Of a DNA stretch of 64,000 nucleotides, positions 35,426 through 45,996 are shown in pieces (positions within the stretch are counted from its first letter, which is position 1; every line of letters starts with the position of its first letter). The stretch is taken from NCBI GenBank assembly GCA_034226945.1, contig CP120463.1, positions 620,001 through 684,000 of the forward strand, given 5' to 3'. The DNA is from Picochlorum sp. SENEW3. Taxonomy: Eukaryota. A model generated the notes under the pieces. It did no database searches, was not told the origin of the DNA, and saw nothing but the letters and a program-made list of their open reading frames with translations. The position numbers and the translations under genes are program-made.

Positions 35426-37508
35426 ATGAAATCAATGCGTGCGCTTCGACACAGCACACGTGAGTGTAATCTCCTGTGCTCTCGCATTCGCCGTCAGCAT
35501 CAAGGGGTGGGTCCGTATCATCGTTCTCGTCGGACTACAGTGACTCGATGCGGTATCGATGAGGTTTTGAAGCAAAATGCACCTGAAAAACAGTCAGAGG
35601 TAGAGGGACTGAACAAGTTCAGTCGACGAATTACGCAACCAAAATCACAGGGTGCATCCCAGGCCATGTTGTATGGAACCGGGTTGACACCGGATGATAT
35701 GAACAAACCACAGGTTGGAATTTCATCTGTTTGGTGGGAAGGTAATACGTGTAATATGCATTTGAATGATTTGGCGTTGGAGGTGAAGCTTGGTGTGGAG
35801 GATGCTGGGCTGGTGGGATACCGATTTAATACTATTGGTGTATCTGACGGTATTTCCATGGGAACTGATGGGATGAGTTTTTCTTTGCAATCAAGGGACT
35901 TGATTGCGGATTCTATCGAAACGGTCATGTCTGCGCAATGGTATGATGCCAATATTTCCCTTCCTGGGTGTGATAAAAACATGCCTGGTACAATTATGGC
36001 CATGGCCAGGTTGAACAGGCCATCTATTATGATTTATGGGGGGACGATTCGTGCTGGTACATCAGAAACTGGGAACAAGCTTGATATTGTGTCGGCGTTC
36101 CAGTCGTATGGAGGGTTCTCTGCTGGATTGATTGATGAACATGAACGTCAGGATATTGTGAAGAGGTCGTGTCCTGGGCCTGGAGCGTGTGGAGGCATGT
36201 ATACTGCGAATACTATGGCATCTGCTATTGAGGCGTTGGGAATGAGTCTTCCGTACTCATCTTCAACGCCAGCAGAGGATCCTTTGAAAAAGGTTGAATG
36301 TCGTTTGGCTGGCAGGTATCTTTTGGATTTGATGAAAAAGGATATCAAGCCTCTGGATATTATGAAGAAGGCTTCGTTCGAGAATGCAATTGTTTTTGTC
36401 ATGGCGACAGGTGGATCTACGAATGCAGTGTTGCATTTGATTGCAATGGCTCGTACATGCGGGATTGAGTTGACGTTGGATGATTTCCAGCGTATCTCTG
36501 ATAAGGTTCCATTCATTGCGGATTTGAAACCAAGTGGAAAATACGTCATGGAGGATCTTCACAAGGTACGCAATAATGCTATTGAGGATCTATAGTCTGG
36601 CCTACTTGTCCCCTCTTGGAATCAATGCAAGAGGAAACCATCAAAACTTCGAGGCCTAGATGAATGTGGCTGTCTTAAGCGGGTGACTCCAATATCACAT
36701 GAAGAGTTGCCTTTCGCACGCAGTCTATAAACAAATATGCTTTTATTTTATTATTATTCACACGTATATATGTGTGTAGGTTGGAGGTACACCGGCTGTG
36801 TTGAAGTATTTGATGGAGCATGGACTGATTGATGGTTCTTGCTTGACTGTCACGGGAAAGACACTGGCAGAGAACCTGGACACGTGCCCACCCCTCATGG
36901 AAGGACAAGATGTGATTTTGCCTTTGGACAAGCCCATTAAATCATCTGGGCATTTGCAAATTCTGTATGGAAATCTCTCCCCAGAAGGCTCTGTTGCCAA
37001 GATTACTGGAAAGGAGGGACTTCGTTTCAAAGGTCATGCCCTCTGCTTTGATTGTGAAGAGGACATGCTGGAAGCACTGTCGAAAGATATTGAACCATTT
37101 AGAGGATCTGTCGTGGTGATTCGGTATGAAGGGCCAAAGGGTGGACCAGGAATGCCAGAAATGTTGACTCCTACATCAGCAATCATGGGGGCAGGTCTTG
37201 GTGACGAGTGTGCCTTGATTACAGATGGGCGATTCTCTGGAGGTTCCCATGGATTTGTGATTGGACATGTGTGCCCAGAAGCTCAGGAAGGAGGACCAAT
37301 TGGACTCGTTAGGGATGGAGATATCATTAGCATAGATGCAGAAACTAGGGAAATGAATGTCTTGGGTGTGGACGATGCTGAATGGGAAAAGCGCAAGGCA
37401 GAATGGAAGCCACCTGCATCTCAAAGTACAAAGGCGCAGTTCGGAACGCTAAGAAAGTACACACGATTGGTGAGCTCCGCATCAACAGGATGCGTGACAG
37501 ACCAGTGA
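35426..37508 (+). CDS. ilvD: Dihydroxy-acid dehydratase (intron 36566-36779)
   Basis: [64 protein letters not shown]. Confidence 0.97.
36594..36736 (+). ncRNA. Candidate intronic box H/ACA snoRNA
   Basis: Hairpin (ggcct/aggcc, cctcttg/caagagg), hinge AGATGA (ANANNA) at 36658, second hairpin (ggctg/cagtc, gggtgactc/gagttgcct), then ATA at 36727 and ACA at 36731, inside an unusually long intron. Confidence 0.65.
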
Positions 37509-37942
37509 TTTTTGATCTTGTTTGTGCATGTAACCAGAAAAAAAATGCACCGTTAAACTCAATATGACAAAATAAAAATATGCAAGTATATACACAAAAA
37601 AGTACCACAGTATGAAAAAAGAATTCTCTGGGAATCTGAAAGGCTGTAATAGCACGAGGGCCTGTTTTGGACCAAAAGTCACGTGTCCAGAGTGTGACAG
37701 CCCAGTGTCCCAAAACCATTACGATGGGCACACAGAATCTTTTCTTCCAATAAAGTCTCATCTACTTTTAATCCAAGACGTAAGAGACGTTCATACAAAG
37801 ACACCGTCTCCAATTGATGCAAGACATTGTCTCCAAAACAAATGCAGCAATGATATGTACAATAATGCACGCATGTCTACACACATCTTCTCATCAATGC
37901 CACCACTGCCACCAAAAAATGGTCACAGTCTGATGTTACTCG

Positions 37943-38686
37943 TCACGGTTGAGGATTGGGACGCTTGTTTTCTCCCTTTGCTGCCAAGCACCAGTTCAAG
38001 ATTTCAACCACCTGCTGCATGTCTTCGTCACTGATTGCATGTCGTGCTCGAACAAGCTGGCGCACCTGATCTTCCGTATCTTCTGTAGACTCTGAAGACT
38101 CTGTAGAATCAGTGGATAGACTGTTATTACCATTCCTCTCACCATTCCGTGGTGGGTAGAAATAGCTGCGAATGATCCCGTGCAGCGTGCCCAAAACTTG
38201 CGATGGGGAGATTTCATTTCCTTCAGATATTCGCTGAATCGTCCCATACTTTATAGACTCTGCTTTCGCACAGGCGAAAATCGATGTCCTCTTTTCCTCT
38301 GCCAATGAAGCTTCAGCAAGATTTGGACTTGCCACATGCAATGGCTTTGGGTAGAACATATTTGCATGCCTTTTCCTGCTAGTCTCTTGACCATCAGATT
38401 TACTCTGTTGGCGTTTCTTTTCGGATTGCAGCCTCCTCCTCTCAGCATGTCTTGCCAGTGCCACTCGACAAGTTCTCGTACCCACGTCAAAAGATTCCAC
38501 TGGTTCATATTTGCCACACTGCTGACAAAACCTCTGAGGTATCCCTCTCAGCATGACCCTTTCTCGACACGCACATGCTCGACACGTCCTATAGCGCCTA
38601 TAGTATGGACGATCCTCATTCACAAGGCAGTCGCAGACAACACAGTGAATCGGTTTATTCTTCCAGGCTGTCTGATTCCCTCCCAT
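37943..38686 (-). CDS. SBP (SQUAMOSA promoter-binding) domain transcription factor
   Basis: CVVCDC...YYRRYRTC..C...QRFCQQCGKYEPVESFD..TRTCR..LARHAERRR; 3' end and start approximate. Confidence 0.85.
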   Translation of the reverse strand: MGGNQTAWKNKPIHCVVCDCLVNEDRPYYRRYRTCRACACRERVMLRGIPQRFCQQCGKYEPVESFDVGTRTCRVALARHAERRRLQSEKKRQQSKSDGQETSRKRHANMFYPKPLHVASPNLAEASLAEEKRTSIFACAKAESIKYGTIQRISEGNEISPSQVLGTLHGIIRSYFYPPRNGERNGNNSLSTDSTESSESTEDTEDQVRQLVRARHAISDEDMQQVVEILNWCLAAKGENKRPNPQP

Positions 38687-39082
38687 GTTCCTCAGGCTGC
38701 GATTATTGCTGATACTTAACCAAGTATGCGATTTATTGAATGTATTTATGGTATAGGCGTAGATATTGGTCACAACAGTACCAGCATCCCCTCGTTCTGT
38801 CCCGTACGTGTCTGCGAACACAAAACCTCTGGTTCATTGCATCAAACACGTAAACACGGCTATATATTAGTCAAATACTTTACTAATAGTCAATTTGCCA
38901 TGCAACGATGCGCAACAGAGCTAATGAAGTGGAATTCCGTAGCGTACCCGGAAGTGCAGGCGTAACCACTCGTCGACTTTACGTACACGTGCGTATCCTA
39001 AACCTGTGGTACAATTGAGCGATGATACAAATGCAATGCACAAATAGAGTTGTGCACACGTATGAATTTGAAAAAAAATTGC

Positions 39083-39289
39083 AAATGGGGAGTTTGCGAC
39101 GCAGCAGTCGTCAGGGCTCTCGACCTGACCCTAATCGTCTTTGAACAGACTACACCCGTTCCAAGGGAACCGGCGATGGGACAGAGACCACTATAGAGAA
39201 GAAGATTTCTTTAGACCCCGGTGAATTGCATCGGGACGGTAACGTGAGACACTGGACGGGCCTCCCCGTACCTGGAATCGCACCCATTT
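39083..39289. ncRNA. Unidentified structured RNA candidate with paired termini
   Basis: AAATGGG...TGCGA pairs with TCGCA.CCCATTT; at least six internal helices, several with G-U pairs on the + strand; T8 run immediately 3' on the - strand. Confidence 0.45.
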
Positions 39290-39393
39290 AGGAATCACAC
39301 ATGGTACCGCTCGTGGGTGTGGTGGTGAGTACTACCCGCATGGTTGACCCTCGTGTGGGCTTGCCAACGTATCATGTATACATGCTGATTACA

Positions 39394-42300
39394 TTAGCGG
39401 TCTTTTGTTTTATGAGTACGCGTGAGCATGACAGAATGGAGCATTGACTTTTTCACAGGTTTGTTGCAAAAGTGACACCGCTTCAGTGCTATAGCTGCCA
39501 GCCAACAGGAGTAGCATGCCAATGCATTACAGCAAGAGCTTTTGAACGGGTCTTTTGTGAAAGATCTGCCGCATTTTGGGCAACTTGGCGCTGTGTGGTG
39601 GTCCGTTGGCTTGCGAGCAGTCTGCTGTTTTGCCACAAGGTTCTGTCTGTAGCTCTTGGAGACTCCTGGTGAATCTAGAGGCGGAGGCGCATCCTTGGGG
39701 TCTGTTGATATAACTCTCTGTCTCAAGGTTGCTACAGACTCGTCGAATTGCTTGCGATGAGCTTCTGGAATGCGGAGTCGAAACTGGAACCTGATCTTGG
39801 AATGGGCAGGGGGGCAGAGCTCTCTGGCTGCTATGGCAATGAGTGCGTCGATGTTTTTATCTGCTGCGTAGTTTCGAAGTGCCTGAGATATGCGTACAAA
39901 GCTCTCCTGAATAAAACAGCAACGAGCGTGAGTAGGTTAATGACAGATGTAGGTGGCCCATCAGGGACGTATCATCTATACAAGCCGTACCTTTGGCAAC
40001 TGCGTTTTCATGCTTGTGATGAAAGAGGATGCTTTCTCCTGATTATTCTGTGATTCGTCTGGGTGGTTGCATTCGTTGACTTCTACCTTCTTGGTGCTCT
40101 GATCTGGAGCTGCTGAATCCCTCTTTTGATGTTCAGATGCTGCGTGCTTCTCAATCAAGTGGGATGGGCCTACAGCAGAAACTGCTGTAGATTTTGTATG
40201 TACTGAGAGTAGTTGGCCCAAATTGCCTCCTTTTTGTGACTGAGCATGCTTCTTCCACGGATATGGATATGTGCGTTCCCATGGTTTGGAAACTGTGGGT
40301 TTGAAAGCATCTGATGGTGCTTTCTCAGACTGCAAAAAGTCATCAGTCCCATCGGTCTTGTGCGGTGCGGCTCTCTTCCTTTTTGACATGGATAAGGATG
40401 ACGATGACTCCATCATACTTAGAAGTGATGGGCCATCCGAGCTTGGTTTTGTTCCAGCTATTGACTTTGGTGCCAACTTTGCGACTGGGACCACCAAGTC
40501 TGAGATACCTATCGCATCAACAGCGGCCGGTGCATTTTGTATCAACGACTTGATAGAAGATCCATTATTTCTTTGTGCAACAGCGAAAGCGTGGCGCGGC
40601 TTCTGATGCTCCATGGGTATCACAGGTTGTGAGGCCTTGGACAAGTGAGATTTGGATTTGAAAAACTGTGTTAACGAACTCGCAGCAGCTCCATAGGTTG
40701 GATAGTTCACAACATCATCTCGTAGCCATTTAGAAAGTTGTGATGTTATTCTCTGCAAAAAGGAACCATACCATCCAATGATACTTGTCACAAATGGATA
40801 TGTGCATGAATTGTTTGCATGCGTACCTGAGACCCGAATCTTTCGTCGCAGAGGATGATTGCCCCATAGTCATTCTTATGCCTAATGACCCTTCCAATAG
40901 CTTGATTTACCGCTCGCATAGCCTGCTGAACGTACCACATGTCGCCAGAGAGTGGTTCAGCATGGTCATTTTTATTATTGTCAAGGGGTTGTCGCATGCG
41001 TGCATTTCTAACATTTGTGTCCATAACTTCTTTCTTCAACCTTACCTTTGGATCTGTCATCATTGCAAATGGGATGCCAGTTATCACAACGGCTCTTCCT
41101 GCTCTATCACTAAAATCCAATCCTTCACTTGCTTTTCCTCTGCACACGCCAAAAAACACAGCACCACTCTGAGCAGGAGAATCAAGCTGTTTCTTGAATT
41201 CTAAAGCAGCTGTTGGAAAGCTAGATGCATCCGAAGGTTCCACAACGGGGGCTTTGTATTGGCTAATTCTTTCCCAGATAGAGGAACCTCCCTGTCCATG
41301 TGACTTCCATGCTTCTATTGACTGTCTCATAACACTATAGGATGGAAAAAACACAAGCAAGCCATCGGGAATCATCCGTGTATAATTAACAATCGCATTT
41401 CCTAGGTCTTGAATGTATTTTGTGTCATTGCGAGTTTTGTAACTCGAATTCAAAACAGTGCCTTGGGGCCCTTTAGAAACCACGCCTACCCAGACTTGGG
41501 ATTGATCAATCACATGCGGATTCTCGAGCCGCACTGGGAACTCGATACCTAGCTCTTGTGCAAAAGATCCCATTGGACTCAAAGTACCTGAAGTTAGCAG
41601 TATTGACCGGATTTGCATATCCTTCAATGCTCGCATGCCCTCTCCAGGATCAAAACACCAGAATGACAGCGTGGGCAGCATGATCCCACTCACTGCATCC
41701 TTCTCCTTATGTATATGCACCCTGTACCCCTGCAGATTCCTTCCGTCTGTAGAGAATGTAGAATCACTTCTAAAAACCTGCGATAAACATTCACGAAGAA
41801 TGAACAGTCGGGTTGATGAGACCCGAGATGCCATTCTCTTGCCGGCAGCCAGAGCATCCTCTGTCAATGTCGTGATTGCAGCCTCAATCGCTGCACTGAA
41901 AGTCGTGAACGTTTGGTCGTTCAAATTTAGACTCTGTAATAACTCTAATATATACGGTCCGGGTCTCGTCAGCCCCGACTTTGGTATTTCAAAGGACGAT
42001 ATGATGTCCTCCAATTTCTTGAGCACCAACTGAAGTTGCCGAAGGGTGGTCACAGTCTCCATTTTCGTATCTGCATCGATTTCGTCATCGTGTCATGGTC
42101 AAGAACTCAAATTCAGCCATTCAAAAGAACAATTAAGTCCAAAACCTACTCTTGGAGTCTTTGCTGTGAGTCGTTTGCCCATCTGCCTGGGATGACAAAA
42201 TTTCAGCTGCTGTGCCAATCTCCTCTATCGATCCACCAATAACACCCATTGACAAGTCAAACGAGGTAGAACCTGAGCATACCGACTACAAATAGGATAT

Positions 42301-43316
42301 ATAGATAATGTGAAAATAGGCTACCACACTCGGCATTCCACACTCACACAAGGACATACCTCAACATTGTGTGCCTCATCAAAAATCAGTACAGCATTGC
42401 TCCATGAGATCCCCAATCCACTCCGAGTTTTCGAATCAATCAGATAATTATACGGCATAAAAACAATATCAGCGTCCTGTGTGAGTCCTCTCGATAAGAA
42501 ATACGGGCACACAGATCTATTCTCTCCTACTTTGACCAAGTCCTCAATGTCCAACACAGTATCATTCACATCGCCATTATTCTTCAAAAATTTCTCCGTG
42601 TTATTGTACCATTTACACCCACGTTTCGCCACCAACGATCGACATGCTAAATTGATAGCCGTCCCCTGCATTTGCTGCACAGTGTGATGCAGACATGTTT
42701 GCTGTCGAGATGACAACACTGTCGTCTTGATGGACGGAAAATGTGTCCTCTTCAACTCCCCAATCACTTGCTTTATTTGACTATGCGTTCGAGAGGAGTA
42801 CACTATCGTCGGCAAATCTACACCACGCGACGCCTGCTCCGCCTTGTACTGCGCAAAATCCTCCTGCAATATCCCAGTACAGTCATAGTCACAATAATAA
42901 TACCCTCCAAGCACATGGGCACCACACACTCACACACCTTTAACGCCTGCACAGTACCTCCATCCTCCTGACGATTCTCTTTTAGTTGCTGAGCTTTCTC
43001 CGCCGCAACTTTCTTCAAAGAATCTCTCCATGCAAGGGACGCACACAACAGGCACAGAGTCTTTCCTGTCCCAGTGGGACTCTCCAACAGTGCATTCTGC
43101 CTACTCTGCAGTGCTTGAATAACCTTGCCCATGTACTCCAACTGACACGGGTATGCGTCATACGGGAAGTTTACATCCACTCCACTGCACATAGGAAAGA
43201 AACAAAAGCCATATCCTCATCAGCTGCTCTTTCAGGCAGCCAACTGTGTGTGGCACACCAACAAAAAAAATGGTTGGTTGAGCAAAGAAAACCCACCTCA
43301 GCGTATACACCGGCAT
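39394..43316 (-). CDS. RTEL1: RTEL1 Fe-S DEAH helicase with C-terminal RING-like finger (multi-exon)
   Basis: [84 protein letters not shown]; terminal CPKC...CC..ACYSCW...CHFC. Confidence 0.9.
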
Positions 43317-43630
43317 GATAAACCCCTATTTTGTATTTATATCCATAGTATGTGACATATGTCCGCAATACAGGCATATACAGGAGGCTATGTAGATTTT
43401 TAAACCCCGACAGCAGAATGCCTGCAGGACGCACAAGGTTCCATTCGTGCGAGATTGGCGGACATTACCGCTCAATATATTGTTTAAAATGCACTATGGT
43501 AATAATAATAATAATAATCAGAATCAGCATCGGCAACAAAAGAGCATGCATCTTGATATTTGCAACTTGCCAAATATTTGGTGTCTCTCAAGGAATTCAA
43601 AAACAATTCACCATCCAACAGTGCCTCGCT

Positions 43631-44954
43631 CTATGTACGCGGCAAGACGATATTAGGGCAGTCTTGTCCATGTGCGACTTGAAGAATGTTCTGCACTGTT
43701 ACCTCACCAATGTTATCAAGGGCTTCCTGTGTCAGGAATGCTGTATGGGGTGTAATCAAAACTTGTGGAAGGGCCTTCAAGGAAACAAAGTGGTGATCCC
43801 AAGCCTTCATTCGCTCTCTTGACGTTTTTTGTGTGAAATCAGTGAAAAACAAGTGCTCCTCCCCGTCATACACATCCATTGCCACGCCAACAATCCCACA
43901 GTCACCACTGGTCAACAGGTCAATCAATGCTTCTGTATCGATCAACCCTCCTCGCGATACGTTCACCAGAATGGAATCATGCTTCATCAATTTCAAGTTC
44001 TTTCTGTTCATCAAGTGGCGAGTCGAAGGAAGTAATGGGGTGTGAAGAGACACAACATCAGATTCTTTCAATAGTGTCTCCAAGTCCACATATGTGGCCC
44101 CAGCCTTCCTAGCTTCTTCACTCGGATACAAATCATACGCCAAAATCCTCCCATCAAATCCTTTCAAGAGTTTGATAAACTCAATACCAATGTTTCCGGT
44201 ACCAATGATACCAAACGTCTTGCCAGACATTTGCATGCCAACCAGTCCATCCACTGTATAATTCCCAACAGCAACTTTGAGGGCTGCCGATCTCAGATTT
44301 CGAGCGACAGCCATCATCGTGGCCAGTGCTGCTTCCGCCACAGAGCGAGGAGAATAGGTGGGCACACGCACCACCTTGATTCCCAACCTCTGAGCTGCTG
44401 TGAGATCCACTCTGTCAAATCCAGCACATCTGAGGGCCACGCACGTCACACCCTTTGCCGCCAGCGCTTCAAGTACCTCTTCATCACACGTATCATTCAC
44501 AAACAGGCAGACAGCGTCATACCCTGTAGCGAGATGGACGGTATCCATCCCAAGAATGGCTGGAACGAACATGACATGCTCAAACTCACGCTCCATTTTC
44601 TCTCGAAGGAAATTCTCCACATATCCTGATGAACTAAACACAGCAACTTTATAATTCAACTTTGCTGATCCGTCCGCTGTCATGATTGAAGCAAATACTT
44701 GAGGTTTCCTTGGACTAGATGATGATCTGAGGGCAAGGTTTCCAAACGCTCTCAAGGGTTTACTGCATAAATCACTCCAATCAGTATCGCCATTTGTAAT
44801 TGAAATAGTAACTAAAGAAGGCGTACCAATGACTATCCAAAGAGGGTGTAGGTCTGTTAAGCACTATCTGACCAAATCTGTTCTTTTGCGTTGCGTTAGT
44901 ACTAGACGAGAATACGGCTTTCTTTATTTCAAACAAATGAGATTCGATGGACAT
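43631..44954 (-). CDS. NAD-dependent D-lactate dehydrogenase (LdhA-like; intron ~44763-44826)
   Basis: CLFVND, ALRCAGFDRVD, VRVPTYSP, GIIGTGNIG, SLHTPL, NVSRGGLID, ITPHTAFLT; presequence-like first exon. Confidence 0.9.
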
Positions 44955-45175
44955 TATAATAATAATAATTGGGTTAGGGTTTAATTGAAAAGTCGCTTTT
45001 CATGCACTACATCCTGTTGTACAACCTGTACACATGTGTACATCCTGCAGGCCAGGATATATATATATGTAGACCAGCATATCATATACTATAGAGCGCA
45101 TGCTTTCATCATCATCATCATCATGATGATGCAAGAATGTATTATTATTACATCTACAGTAGATCATTACATTCA

Positions 45176-45892
45176 TTACATCAATGCAAGCAAGGCTGCC
45201 CCTGCTGTTCCACCAATAAGGAGCATTTTACTACTACGTTCCGCCGCGTGAAACTCCAACGGCGAGTTTCTTTCAGACTGATTTCCATACTTGTAATGAT
45301 CCCAGTATAAATGCCTCACACCTCCAAGGTAATGATACACCAGTGGGAAGGCAACAGCAAACTTTGCTGGGAACACCAGCAATGGATACGCCTGCTTAAA
45401 AGACTCAATGGCGACACCGAGATCACCGACTGTTAAAGCAGTCCATCCAGCAGCGCCAGCCCCGACAGAAAGCATGACCCCTGTCGCTCTATTGGTCACT
45501 GAAGAAATGGCAGCCAAAGGCATCTTATAGTGAGGCTTGTACTCTCCCACTTCGAATACATGGGGTGACAATGGTCTCTTTTTGACTAAATCCAAATGAT
45601 TTTTTGGCGTTCCAAGGAATTCTGTTCCTGGATGATAGGGCGAGTCTCGTCCCCAGAATTCTGGGACACCTCCTCCGTGGAATCTGCAATAATAGACAGA
45701 GGAATCCCTCAGCATACACGGTAGTACATTATGATATTTTTTTGTTCGTATATATACATACCTGGATTGATTATGGTTGGCTGGTGTGCCAGAACCCAAA
45801 CCCAATGACTCCACGGATGAAGACACCAGCGGGAATAGAGTATTGGATTCCTGTCGGAATAAGCCCTTTTTTATCGCTCTATGTAATGCCAT
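45176..45892 (-). CDS. SDH3: Succinate dehydrogenase cytochrome b560 subunit (intron 45684-45761)
   Basis: RPLSPH, SSVTNRATG, YHYLGGVRHLYWD; mitochondrial presequence-like N-terminus. Confidence 0.9.
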   Translation of the reverse strand: MALHRAIKKGLFRQESNTLFPLVSSSVESLGLGSGTPANHNQSRYVYIRTKKYHNVLPCMLRDSSVYYCRFHGGGVPEFWGRDSPYHPGTEFLGTPKNHLDLVKKRPLSPHVFEVGEYKPHYKMPLAAISSVTNRATGVMLSVGAGAAGWTALTVGDLGVAIESFKQAYPLLVFPAKFAVAFPLVYHYLGGVRHLYWDHYKYGNQSERNSPLEFHAAERSSKMLLIGGTAGAALLALM

Positions 45893-45996
45893 GATGTAAA
45901 TAATAGCAAAAACAAAATAATAATAACGATGTAGACGTCGACTGGCCTAGTTCTAACTAATAATAATGGCTGTGCCTTGGCAAGCCCATGATTGTA

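Noticed and set aside
7738..37508. TrpD, ADT and DHAD as an amino-acid biosynthesis cluster
   Set aside because: Spread over 30 kb among many unrelated genes and in different pathways; compatible with chance in a gene-dense genome
37640..37740. Cluster of short hairpins between the DHAD and SBP 3' ends
   Set aside because: Stems are short, with no consistent strand bias or box arrangement; probably 3' UTR sequence
39143..39190. U2-like GTGTAGTCTGTTC (- strand), U6-like ACAGAGA and HDV-ribozyme-like GGCGATGGGAC motifs
   Set aside because: Each is an isolated partial match; the rest of the U2, U6 and HDV consensus and pairings are absent
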